Source of the DNA: an archaeon
GTDB lineage: Archaea; Asgardarchaeota; Thorarchaeia; Thorarchaeales; Thorarchaeaceae
DNA: 32,000 nt
Direction of reading: 5' to 3'
NCBI GenBank assembly: GCA_024275415.1
Contig: JAJRZD010000051.1
Span: 60,001-92,000 of the forward strand
The notes beneath the pieces are model-generated. The model searched no databases. It was not told where the DNA came from and saw nothing but the letters and a program-made list of their open reading frames with translations. Of the stretch, positions 7,451 to 16,103 are shown piece after piece. The position numbers and the translations under genes are program-made. Within the stretch, counting starts at the first letter, position 1. Every line of letters starts with the position of its first letter.

Positions 7451-8200
7451 ATGAAACGGAGCATGATAAATCCCAATAGCATTGCTACAATTACATTTGC
7501 AATGATTCTCGCCGGAGTCGCATTATGGGGCACGAACACTGTGGCTTCGGTGGTTGTCTTTACGATTGCATTGGCGATAATCACGATTACAATTTGGGAT
7601 GTCTTTGTTTCGAGGATAGAACTCGAAACAGGATTTGCTACAACGAGATACAATAAACAAGCACTCTCTCCAAATTCGCTAATAGACATTGAGAGGAAGA
7701 TGCAATCAAAGCTTGAACAGATTGAAAGGGGTTATGACCAATTCCTAGAAGATGTCGATGACCCGGACCTCATCGAGAACACTATTGAGGATTACGATGC
7801 GGAGATACCAATCGAGTTGCTAGATGGTATTAGTGGGGAGATCTGCGAAAGAATCGAGAGTATCGGAATTCTGGATATCGACGAGCTGGCGATAGCAGAC
7901 CCGGACGAGATTGCAGAGGCTGCAAGAGTGCCCAAACAGATCGCAGAACAATGGGTCTTAGACGCCAAGGCGTTGTTTGTTGGTGCTCAGTTATCGAGTC
8001 TAATCCCTCTATCAATGGCTGAGGCAAAGGATGTTTTGAGGAGCATCGAGGAATCGGTTATCTCAGGAATGCTGAAGATGCCTGTGGATTACGAGCTGCC
8101 TATAACAAAAGTCGAGAAGTGGATTAATAGGGCAAACAAGCTGGTTTCATCTTTTGATGTGTCTGAGATTCAGAAGCTCCTTGAAGAAGAGGAACACTGA
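7451..8200 (+). CDS. Membrane-anchored helix-hairpin-helix protein (DUF4332-like)
   Basis: Two N-terminal hydrophobic helices and an acidic linker, then LLDGISG...IGILDIDELAIADPDEIA...W and a second unit ending VEKWINRA. Confidence 0.65.
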   Translation: MKRSMINPNSIATITFAMILAGVALWGTNTVASVVVFTIALAIITITIWDVFVSRIELETGFATTRYNKQALSPNSLIDIERKMQSKLEQIERGYDQFLEDVDDPDLIENTIEDYDAEIPIELLDGISGEICERIESIGILDIDELAIADPDEIAEAARVPKQIAEQWVLDAKALFVGAQLSSLIPLSMAEAKDVLRSIEESVISGMLKMPVDYELPITKVEKWINRANKLVSSFDVSEIQKLLEEEEH

Positions 8201-8296
8201 GGAACAAACTACAACGTCCGAGCTCAGCGTATAACAACTGATAAAAAGAAGTCAATTTCTGTCTTGGCGATGACAAAAGCCTGAAAGTGCAGAAAT

Positions 8297-8812
8297 ATGA
8301 GTGATGACTATACTATCCGCCAATTCCAACGTGAAGATATACGGGCAGTTGTCAATATTAACAAGTCTTGCCTTCCTGAGAACTACCCTGACCAGTTCTT
8401 TCTGGGCCTGCATCATCATGCACCAAAGTCGTTCCTTGTTGCCGAGTGTGATGACGAGGTCTGTGGCTACATCATGTGTCGAATCGAACGCGGGATTTCC
8501 AGTTTTAAGAAGGCTCCAGTGAAGAAAGGACATATTGTTTCTGTGGCCGTAAGACACGAATACAGGAACAAGGGTATCGGAACCCAATTGATCCGGGCTG
8601 CAATCGAAGGAATGAGAGAGTATGGAGCATCTGAGTTCTTCTTGGAGGTACGGAAGACAAACGAGGCGGCCATTGCGGTCTACGAGAATCTCAGTTTTGA
8701 AATCAAGCGCGTCCTGAAAGGGTACTACCGGGATGGGGAAGATGCATACCTGATGGCACGTCAGAGTGGACTTGATGAGGAGGAATCTGATACTGGCGAA
8801 CAAACCAATTGA
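8297..8812 (+). CDS. ard1: N-terminal acetyltransferase, Ard1/RimI family
   Basis: LPENY, GYIMCRIE, GHIVSVAV, acetyl-CoA motif RNKGIG, LEVR and YYRDGEDAYLM. Confidence 0.92.
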   Translation: MSDDYTIRQFQREDIRAVVNINKSCLPENYPDQFFLGLHHHAPKSFLVAECDDEVCGYIMCRIERGISSFKKAPVKKGHIVSVAVRHEYRNKGIGTQLIRAAIEGMREYGASEFFLEVRKTNEAAIAVYENLSFEIKRVLKGYYRDGEDAYLMARQSGLDEEESDTGEQTN

Positions 8813-8813
8813 T

Positions 8814-9710
8814 GTGCATCTAATCCCCGAATGTGCTCCTTGCATCATGAAGAGCTTGCAGATATTAGTCCCACTCCTTGAAACTGAGAATGAAGCCCAG
8901 ATGAAACTCTTTGCACATGCTTACAAAAGGTTGGCAGAGGGATATGCGAAAAAGATTCCTCCGGTCATTCTTTCCATCAAGCTGTACCAAGAACTCTATG
9001 AGATGGGAAACACCTACGACCCCTACAGGAAGTTGAAGGATCAGAGTATAGCAGCAGCAGAACAGGCGCTTCCACACGTCGAGGCTGAGATTGGTAAGTA
9101 CGAAGGTTACCAGAAGCTTCGTGCCGCACTGGCTGCATCTATTGCAGGGAACCTGATTGATTTCAACACGGCATATCATGAGCCAGAGCTGGACGCACTC
9201 AATGATGGGTTTATGAATATCATAAGAGAAGGATTCGCGCTGGACGACTCACAGCACCTCTGGAATCGCATCACAGCAGCATCAGGGACTGTAGCGGTTC
9301 TTGGGGACAATGCCGGAGAAACCCTCTTCGATATCCCGCTCCTAGAAATCCTTCACGCCAAGGGCTGGGATATCGTGTACGTGGTAAAGGCAAGACCGAT
9401 GATCAATGATGCGACAAGGGAGGATATTAAGGGTTCTAGAATCCCAGATTTGGCCACTATTGCAGATAATGGCGGATGGGCACATGGTGTCCCTCGACAA
9501 TTTGTTTCACTGGAATTCCTCGATACAGTCGCAAATAGTGACCTTGTCCTGTCGAAGGGGCAAGCCAACGTTGAAACTTTCCCTGAGATCCAGAAGGAGC
9601 TGGGCATAGAAACATACTACATCATGCGGGCCAAGTGTCCACACATTGCCAATGCATTAGGTGCAAACGTCGGTGACAATGTCATTGCACGCAGACCACA
9701 GATTATGTGA
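8814..9710 (+). CDS. DUF89/ARMT1-like damage-control metal-dependent phosphatase
   Basis: ECAPC, GNLIDF, GDNAGE, INDAT, KGQANVE and AKCPHIA. A GTG start at 8814, directly after the ard1 stop, is preferred over 8766. Confidence 0.88.
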   Translation: MHLIPECAPCIMKSLQILVPLLETENEAQMKLFAHAYKRLAEGYAKKIPPVILSIKLYQELYEMGNTYDPYRKLKDQSIAAAEQALPHVEAEIGKYEGYQKLRAALAASIAGNLIDFNTAYHEPELDALNDGFMNIIREGFALDDSQHLWNRITAASGTVAVLGDNAGETLFDIPLLEILHAKGWDIVYVVKARPMINDATREDIKGSRIPDLATIADNGGWAHGVPRQFVSLEFLDTVANSDLVLSKGQANVETFPEIQKELGIETYYIMRAKCPHIANALGANVGDNVIARRPQIM

Positions 9711-9782
9711 TTGTGCCACTTGGCAACCTTTTTATTCGTGCTCCGCAGCCCAGCTAGCTGCCAACCATGTCCTAAGACAAGG

Positions 9783-9790
9783 TTTAAATA
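9783..9790 (+). promoter_or_regulatory. TATA box upstream of thermosome gene
   Basis: TTTAAATA preceded by purine-rich AGACAAGG, ~100 nt before the ATG at 9888. Confidence 0.5.
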
Positions 9791-9887
9791 AAATCAACCG
9801 GAGTCCATGTACAGTTTTATCCAGAACTGCAGAGGACATTCACGATGCGGTCTGGATTCTTAAGAAATGTTCCGGAGGAACTTGAGA

Positions 9888-11522
9888 ATGAGTCAACAAC
9901 CAGTGATAATATTACGAGAGGACACTGAGCGTACGAGAGGCAGAGATGCCCAACGGAATAACATCATGGCTGCAGTTGTGATTGCTGAAGCTGTCAAGTC
10001 GGCATTAGGTCCCAAGGGTATGGACAAGATGCTCGTAGATAGTTTTGGAGACGTCACTGTCAGTAATGATGGTGCTACCATCCTGAAAGAGATGGACGTA
10101 GCCCACCCAGCAGCCAAAATGGTCATTGAGGTTTCAAAGACCCTTGACGCTGAGGTTGGCGATGGAACCACTACAGCTGCCGTACTGACTGGTACTCTGT
10201 TGAAAGAGGCAGACACTCTACTTGACCAGAAGATCCACCCAACGACTATAATCAGCGGGTACAGGAAAGCAACCGAGAAGGCGTTGAAGGTTATTGACGA
10301 AGTTGCAGAAGAGGTTGACCCTTCCAGTCCATCCTTCAAGAAGATCCTAACAGATGTGGCAAAAACCTCGATGTCGAGCAAATTCGTTTCTGGCTCCAAA
10401 GACCAGCTGGCAAAATTGGTAGTTGAGGCAGTCTTGTCCGTCGCAAAAGAGAGGACGGGCGATGAAGACATCAACATGGACGACATCCCACGCCAGAAGC
10501 AGAAGGGCATGCCTGTTACCAGCACAGAACTCGTGAAAGGGATCGTGTTGGACAAAGAGATCGTCCACCCAGGAATGCCAAAGAAGATCGAGAAGGCAAA
10601 GATTGCTCTCCTAGAGGCTCCAATCGAGATTACAAAGACTGAGTTTGATGCAAAGATTGCTATAACCAACCCAGCAGCTATGCAACAGTTCCTTGATGAG
10701 GAAGAAAGGATGCTTAGAAACCTGACTGACAAGATCATCGAGGCTGGTGCCAACGTTGTGATTGCCCAGAAAGGTATCGATGACGTAGCCCAACACTTCC
10801 TTGCAAAGGCCGGCATTCTGGCGGTTCGAAGGATTAAGAAATCCGATATCGAACGCTTGCACAAAGCGACTGGTGCTACTATCGTGTCCAAGATTCAGAA
10901 CCTGACCAGCGATGATCTAGGCGAGGCTGCGATTGTCGAGCAGCGGCAGGTCGGAGAGGACAAGATGCTCTTTGTAGAGGGAACCCCCAAGTCATCTGTT
11001 GTCACAATCCTTGTTCGAGGAGGCACTGACCACGTAGTTGATGAGGTAGACCGTGCATTGAACGATGCACTCTACGTAGTCAGAGATGTGCTCATCCATC
11101 CAGCAATTACCTACGGAGGTGGGTCACTTGCCAGCGTTATCGCGAAGGAACTCAGGGAATATTCGGCAAAACTTGAGGGACGTGAGCAGTACGCTGTGAA
11201 CTCCTATGCGGACGCAATAGAAGTGCTACCAGCAACATTGGCAGAGAATGCTGGCTTGGATCCTATCGATATCCTCGTTGACTTGAGGTCTGCACATGCT
11301 GAGGGTAAGGTCACCTATGGAGTAGACATAGGAAAAGGTAAAGTAGGGGACATGAAGAAGGCAAAGGTTGTAGAATCAGCCCTTGTCAACAAGCAAATCG
11401 TCATGTCCGCAGCCGAGGCAGCACAGATGATCCTCAAGATAGATGATGTCATTAGCTCCAAGAGCTCTGGCGGTCCGGGCGGCGGAATGCCTGGCGGCGA
11501 TAGTGACTCTGACGACGAATAG
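9888..11522 (+). CDS. ths: Thermosome (group II chaperonin) subunit
   Basis: LGPKGMDKML, NDGATIL, GDGTTTA, GGG and LKIDDVI motifs, with a GGM-containing acidic tail. Start at MSQQP. Confidence 0.97.
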   Translation: MSQQPVIILREDTERTRGRDAQRNNIMAAVVIAEAVKSALGPKGMDKMLVDSFGDVTVSNDGATILKEMDVAHPAAKMVIEVSKTLDAEVGDGTTTAAVLTGTLLKEADTLLDQKIHPTTIISGYRKATEKALKVIDEVAEEVDPSSPSFKKILTDVAKTSMSSKFVSGSKDQLAKLVVEAVLSVAKERTGDEDINMDDIPRQKQKGMPVTSTELVKGIVLDKEIVHPGMPKKIEKAKIALLEAPIEITKTEFDAKIAITNPAAMQQFLDEEERMLRNLTDKIIEAGANVVIAQKGIDDVAQHFLAKAGILAVRRIKKSDIERLHKATGATIVSKIQNLTSDDLGEAAIVEQRQVGEDKMLFVEGTPKSSVVTILVRGGTDHVVDEVDRALNDALYVVRDVLIHPAITYGGGSLASVIAKELREYSAKLEGREQYAVNSYADAIEVLPATLAENAGLDPIDILVDLRSAHAEGKVTYGVDIGKGKVGDMKKAKVVESALVNKQIVMSAAEAAQMILKIDDVISSKSSGGPGGGMPGGDSDSDDE

Positions 11523-11558
11523 AAAGAGTCAAACGTGCTTGAGTAGGTGGACGAACTC

Positions 11559-12239
11559 ATGTCTGAAGACCCCGAAATCAAACAACCAACTGAAGAGGAA
11601 GAAACCCCGGATACACTAACGCCAGCAGAGCTGGTAAACATTCTGACGAACATCCAGGGTGTTGGTCCTAAGAACGCTGAGAAGTTAGTAGAGCAAGGAT
11701 ACGATTCCATAAGCAAGGTCGCAGAGGCTGACCCTGAGGAATTAGCTACTGCGATCTCTGGATTCAGCGTGTCCAAGGCAGAAGGGATTATCGAGAAAGC
11801 AAATGCCCTTCTAGAGCTCATCAAAAGTGGGGTCGTCGATGTTACGGGGAAGGTCAAGAAGACAAAGAGAAAGAAGGCTCCTGAACCAGACCCGGTAGTA
11901 CACGAGTTGCCACCTGGAGAAGATATCAAGGCAGTGATGGAGAGAGATTCACTTCTGACCGGTCGTGAGCAAGAAAACGTCGAGATAGGAATCCCTACAG
12001 GTCAGAAATGGCTGAGCAAATTCGAAAAGGCAAGAATCATTGGTGCTCGGGCACTTCAGATCTCGATGGGTGCCCCCATTCTCGTAAACGCCTCGAAAGC
12101 TCCATCGGGGCTCTTCGAAATTGCAGAGATGGAGCTTCGCTCGGGGGTACTTCCCATGACGATCAGAAGAACTCTCCCCACTGGCAAATACTACGACATC
12201 CCTCTATCAGTTCTATTGAAGCACACGCGACTGGACTGA
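11559..12239 (+). CDS. rpoK: RNA polymerase subunit Rpo6 (RpoK) with N-terminal acidic tail, HhH domain and basic linker
   Basis: Rpo6 core LSKFEKARIIGARALQISMGAP...ELRSGVLPMTIRR (~11991-12212). HhH LTNIQGVGPKNAEKL...GFSVSKAEGII (~11643-11801). One continuous ORF. Confidence 0.9.
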   Translation: MSEDPEIKQPTEEEETPDTLTPAELVNILTNIQGVGPKNAEKLVEQGYDSISKVAEADPEELATAISGFSVSKAEGIIEKANALLELIKSGVVDVTGKVKKTKRKKAPEPDPVVHELPPGEDIKAVMERDSLLTGREQENVEIGIPTGQKWLSKFEKARIIGARALQISMGAPILVNASKAPSGLFEIAEMELRSGVLPMTIRRTLPTGKYYDIPLSVLLKHTRLD

Positions 12240-12267
12240 GCTAGTCCAGTCATCCCTCTTTCTTTTC
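12229..12267 (+). terminator. Hairpin + pyrimidine tract at end of ths-rpoK
   Basis: Perfect 9-bp stem GACTGGACT/AGTCCAGTC with a 5-nt loop spanning the stop codon, followed by CCCTCTTTCTTTTC. Confidence 0.55.
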
Positions 12268-12279
12268 GTCATAGCACGC

Positions 12280-12287
12280 CTTAAATA
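12280..12287 (+). promoter_or_regulatory. TATA box for MgtC/DUF4010 gene
   Basis: CTTAAATA ends 40 nt before the TTG at 12328. Confidence 0.45.
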
Positions 12288-12327
12288 TCGAATATTTCCT
12301 CTGTTCTGGTCTGGATAGTGAGATTAG

Positions 12328-13671
12328 TTGCAAAGTGGACTAGAATTACTCAGCGCTGATTTGATCCTCAGACTGGCTGTTGGCTTCTCAGTCGGAGGGC
12401 TCATTGGTCTAGAAAGGCAGAAGAAGCAGGAACACGACAGGACAATTGGGGTACGCTCTTTTGGACTGCACAGCCTTCTCGGAACCCTGGCCGCATATTC
12501 ATTCCATGTTTCTGGGAATCCGATAGTCCTAATCTATGCAACAGCCATCTCAATCATGATAGTCGGCGTATATCTCTATCAAAAGATCATCCGGTCTATG
12601 CGAAAGGGAATGACCACATCCATTGTGTTTGCGATGTCATACGTCCGTGGGACATTGGTAGGTATCGATATGCCTCCCGAGGGCCAACTCCTAGGAACCC
12701 TTCAGATTCTCGCAATGACAGTTTCATTCATGGTCTTTCTTGTCCTTGGGTTCAAGCAGGAGCTCTCCACCGCACTTGCAGGTGTTACTCATGATGAAAT
12801 GATTAGCGCTGCTGAGCTAGGTGTGGTGATACTGTTCTTCTGGCCCCTTATCCCACAGACGGTGCCAGCTCCCGGGTTGCCGAATGGATTCCCGATTTTC
12901 ACCACTTATCTCCTAGTGGTCATCCTGCTATCAATCAGCTTCGTGAACTATATCTTGGTCAAGAAATACAAAGACCGAGGCGAATATTTCTTTGGCTTCT
13001 TCGGAGGGTTTGCTAACAGCGAGGCAACAGTCACAAGCCTGACAGAGAACTACGTGAAAACCGAAAGGAAAAAGGTCGGTCTCACATCAGTATCGACAAT
13101 CTTTGCAAATCTGGCAATGGTGATCCGTAACGGAGTGTTGGTCATCATCCTCGACCCTACATTGAGCATATTCAGATACTACCTCATCCCCTTTGGGATA
13201 CTCTTTGTCGTAGGTGTATTCCGGTTCATCTACGAGCACAGGAATAGAGATGTGGATAGGAAACAGGAGCTGGATGCCAAGCTCGTTTCGCCTTTCGAGT
13301 TCGGTGCAGCACTACGGTTTGCGCTGGTCTTCGGTGCGATCCTCTATGTTTCCTTGGTGGCACAGGAACTGGCAAGCGATGTCGGGTTCCTTGCTGCCGC
13401 GACTATCGGTGGGCTCGTAAATGCTGGCGCCGTGGTCACGACAGCTGCGATAGCATACAATCAGGGAGCTGGAAGCATATCATTGGTCACTGCTGCGTAT
13501 GCTGTAATCATCGCCACCACAATGGCTGTCATGAACAAGATCATCTTCGTGTATCAAGCAGACAGGGATACCAAACTAGTGAAAGTGATTGCCCGTGATG
13601 CCCTGCTCATGGCTTCGGGAGTCATCATTTACCTCCTGCTCATCTTCACTGGAGCTATTCAAGGAATCTGA
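12328..13671 (+). CDS. MgtC/SapB + DUF4010 polytopic membrane protein
   Basis: GGLIGLERQ...GVRSFGL (MgtC N-terminus), FFGGFANSEA and SPFEFGAALRFAL, with more than 10 hydrophobic segments. Confidence 0.85.
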   Translation: MQSGLELLSADLILRLAVGFSVGGLIGLERQKKQEHDRTIGVRSFGLHSLLGTLAAYSFHVSGNPIVLIYATAISIMIVGVYLYQKIIRSMRKGMTTSIVFAMSYVRGTLVGIDMPPEGQLLGTLQILAMTVSFMVFLVLGFKQELSTALAGVTHDEMISAAELGVVILFFWPLIPQTVPAPGLPNGFPIFTTYLLVVILLSISFVNYILVKKYKDRGEYFFGFFGGFANSEATVTSLTENYVKTERKKVGLTSVSTIFANLAMVIRNGVLVIILDPTLSIFRYYLIPFGILFVVGVFRFIYEHRNRDVDRKQELDAKLVSPFEFGAALRFALVFGAILYVSLVAQELASDVGFLAAATIGGLVNAGAVVTTAAIAYNQGAGSISLVTAAYAVIIATTMAVMNKIIFVYQADRDTKLVKVIARDALLMASGVIIYLLLIFTGAIQGI

Positions 13672-13843
13672 GGTAGGAAAAAGCCCATCTCAGTTGCCAT
13701 GAAAACACTTAAAGAACGAATATAGCGAGGGACATATGGTGACGAAATATGAAAGATGGTGGACTCGTTCATCTACTTTTTGGATAATCTTGCAGAAGAC
13801 GCCATCATAGCCGTTACTGTCGAATCGTATGGAGGATTCAGAT

Positions 13844-15163
13844 ATGGTTGATATGAGAACAGTCAGGGGTATGAGAGACCTCATGGGAGATGAGATGAGA
13901 GCGAGGAATTTTCTCGTCAGTCAGGCAACGCGAGTTTTCGAGTCCTTCGGATATGAGCCGTTGGATTCGCCAGTAATGGAGCTATGGGAAACTCTCTCTG
14001 CCAAAGGTGGAGAGGACGTCGAGGCTGAAACATTCAAATTCACTGACAAGGGAGCGCGCGAGGTCGGGCTGAGGTTCGACCTCACAGTACCGCTTGCTCG
14101 GATTGTCGCATCGAACCCCCATCTACGAAAGCCCTTCAAGAGATACGCCATTGGAAAGGCGTGGAGATATGATAGGCCTCAAGCAGGGAGATACCGCGAG
14201 TTCATGCAGGCAGATGTTGACATCATCGGAGCTGCTAGTCCTGTCGCGGATGCAGAGGTCGTATTGGTGGCTTTGGAATTTCTTAGTCGAACACTGAAAG
14301 AGAAGTACATTATCAAAATCAATAACCGGAAAGTATTGAAGGGGCTGACAGAAGTGGCTGGCGTCGAGGACAGTCTTGCTCACGAATGCTTCCGATCCAT
14401 TGACAAGCTTGATAAGATCGGGAAAGATGGCGTGCTAGAGGAACTAGCATCGAGGGGGATTCCGAAGGACGCCACTCAGACCCTGCTAGATGCGCTGGAC
14501 ATCGGTGGCTCGGGTAATAACGCCCTTGAGGAATTCGCAGAACTTCTTGCCAATTCAGAGGTAGGGAAAGAGGGGGTCGGGGAGCTGAAGGTCATGTCCG
14601 ATGTGTTCGAGGAGGTAGGGGTGTCTGACCTGATTCGGTTCGAGATGTCGCTCGCGCGTGGTTTGGACTATTACACTGGTCCTGTGTTCGAGGGGCGGTT
14701 TTTGGGAAAGCCTAAGGTCGGCTCAATCTTAGGAGGAGGACGATATGACCACCTGATAGAGAAGTTCTGTGGCACACCTACCCCAGCCACGGGAATCTCA
14801 TTGGGGATAGACCGCATTATCGATATCATCATTGCAAAAGGACTCCCAGATAAGCTCAGCAAGGGGTTGGATGTGTTCATCGCTCCATTGAGAAAGAACC
14901 TTGCAAGCAAAGGCATGAAGGTAGCAATCCAGCTTATCAAGGAAGGAATGAGCGTAGAGGTCGGTCTATTAGGTAGGTCTCTAGGGAAGCTCCTTGAATA
15001 TGCGGAATCGAAAGGCGCAAGGTACACAATCATTATCGGGCCCAAAGACATTGAGAAGAATTCTGTGAGTGTACGAGATATGAAAGAGAAAGACACCCGT
15101 CAGGTTGGCATCGATGAGGTTGTCGGGTTCTTCAAGAACACTGAAGATAAACTAGAATGGTGA
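13844..15163 (+). CDS. hisS: Histidyl-tRNA synthetase
   Basis: VRGMRD, LRFDLTVP, WRYDRPQAGRYREFMQADVD, ARGLDYYTG and GGGRYD. SD GGAGG at 13831-13835 supports the ATG at 13844. Confidence 0.97.
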   Translation: MVDMRTVRGMRDLMGDEMRARNFLVSQATRVFESFGYEPLDSPVMELWETLSAKGGEDVEAETFKFTDKGAREVGLRFDLTVPLARIVASNPHLRKPFKRYAIGKAWRYDRPQAGRYREFMQADVDIIGAASPVADAEVVLVALEFLSRTLKEKYIIKINNRKVLKGLTEVAGVEDSLAHECFRSIDKLDKIGKDGVLEELASRGIPKDATQTLLDALDIGGSGNNALEEFAELLANSEVGKEGVGELKVMSDVFEEVGVSDLIRFEMSLARGLDYYTGPVFEGRFLGKPKVGSILGGGRYDHLIEKFCGTPTPATGISLGIDRIIDIIIAKGLPDKLSKGLDVFIAPLRKNLASKGMKVAIQLIKEGMSVEVGLLGRSLGKLLEYAESKGARYTIIIGPKDIEKNSVSVRDMKEKDTRQVGIDEVVGFFKNTEDKLEW

Positions 15164-15220
15164 GAGCAAGAAAAAGAAACCCTTTTCTCACACAATGCCG
15201 ATAGTGAAACGGAGATAGAG

Positions 15221-16060
15221 ATGACAAGACTTCCTGTAGTTGCGGGTCGCTTCTATGAAGGGACAGAAGAATCACTTCGCAAACGGATTACGGAATGCTT
15301 TCTTGGTCAGCTGGGCCCAGGAAGGTTGCCCGAGGGAGAACCAAGTTCTGTGCGTAGAATCAAGGCTTTGATAGCACCTCACGCTGGATACGTCTATTCA
15401 GGAATGCCCGCGGCGCATAGTTACTTGGAATTGTTCGAGGATGGCAAGCCTGAACACATAGTCATCATCGGCCCCAATCACACCGGAGTTGGAGCACCAG
15501 TCGCAGTATGCAATGACGACTGGGAAACACCACTGGGCTTGGCTAGGTTCGACGCTGGGCTTGGACACTTGATTGTTGAGAACAACGAGTATGCCACAAA
15601 CGATTGCATCGCTCATAGCTCTGAGCATTCCATAGAGGTGCAGATTCCTTTCCTGCAATTCGTCTTTGGTGAGGGTGTCAGTTTCGTTCCCATCTGCCTT
15701 GGCGACTACCGGTATGAAGTGGTAGAGTCACTTGGGAAGACCATAGCGGATCTGGCGAAAGATATGGACATACTGGTCATTGCAAGCTCTGACTTCACTC
15801 ATTTCGAAAGCGCCCAGAGTGCCAAGATGAAGGACAATCAGGCAATGGAGTACTTGGAGTATCTGGATCCAAAAGGGTTCCTAGAATTCGTGAAGCGTCA
15901 CAAGGTCAGTATCTGTGGCGCGGGACCGATAGCTGTTTCCCTTGTGTTTGCTAGGGAGCTTGGAGCAACGAACTTCAGACTTGTCAAATATACTACTTCT
16001 GGGGATGTCACTGGGGACAATAACAGCGTGGTCGCGTACGTATCCGCAAAGTTCGTTTGA
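15221..16060 (+). CDS. MEMO1 family protein (AmmeMemoRadiSam protein B)
   Basis: RLPVVAGRFY, PHAGYVYSG, GPNH, EHSIEVQIPF, SSDFTH, SICG and VVAY. Confidence 0.93.
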   Translation: MTRLPVVAGRFYEGTEESLRKRITECFLGQLGPGRLPEGEPSSVRRIKALIAPHAGYVYSGMPAAHSYLELFEDGKPEHIVIIGPNHTGVGAPVAVCNDDWETPLGLARFDAGLGHLIVENNEYATNDCIAHSSEHSIEVQIPFLQFVFGEGVSFVPICLGDYRYEVVESLGKTIADLAKDMDILVIASSDFTHFESAQSAKMKDNQAMEYLEYLDPKGFLEFVKRHKVSICGAGPIAVSLVFARELGATNFRLVKYTTSGDVTGDNNSVVAYVSAKFV

Positions 16061-16103
16061 AACAAAGACTGACATTCCGGAGCCAGCACTAATCTAAGAC
16101 ACG

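Noticed and set aside
8255-8296. Weak nested inverted repeats upstream of ard1, and a lone TATAAC at ~8230
   Set aside because: Short and AT-rich, and the half-site lacks the partner needed to match the thiR/thiB palindrome.
9893-11929. Long antisense ORFs (332 aa and 204 aa) opposite ths and rpoK
   Set aside because: Shadow ORFs of strongly conserved sense genes, with no motifs of their own.
12653-12655. Arg within a predicted TM segment of the MgtC/DUF4010 protein (YVRGTLVG)
   Set aside because: A single residue that cannot be distinguished from a variant or sequencing error without an alignment.
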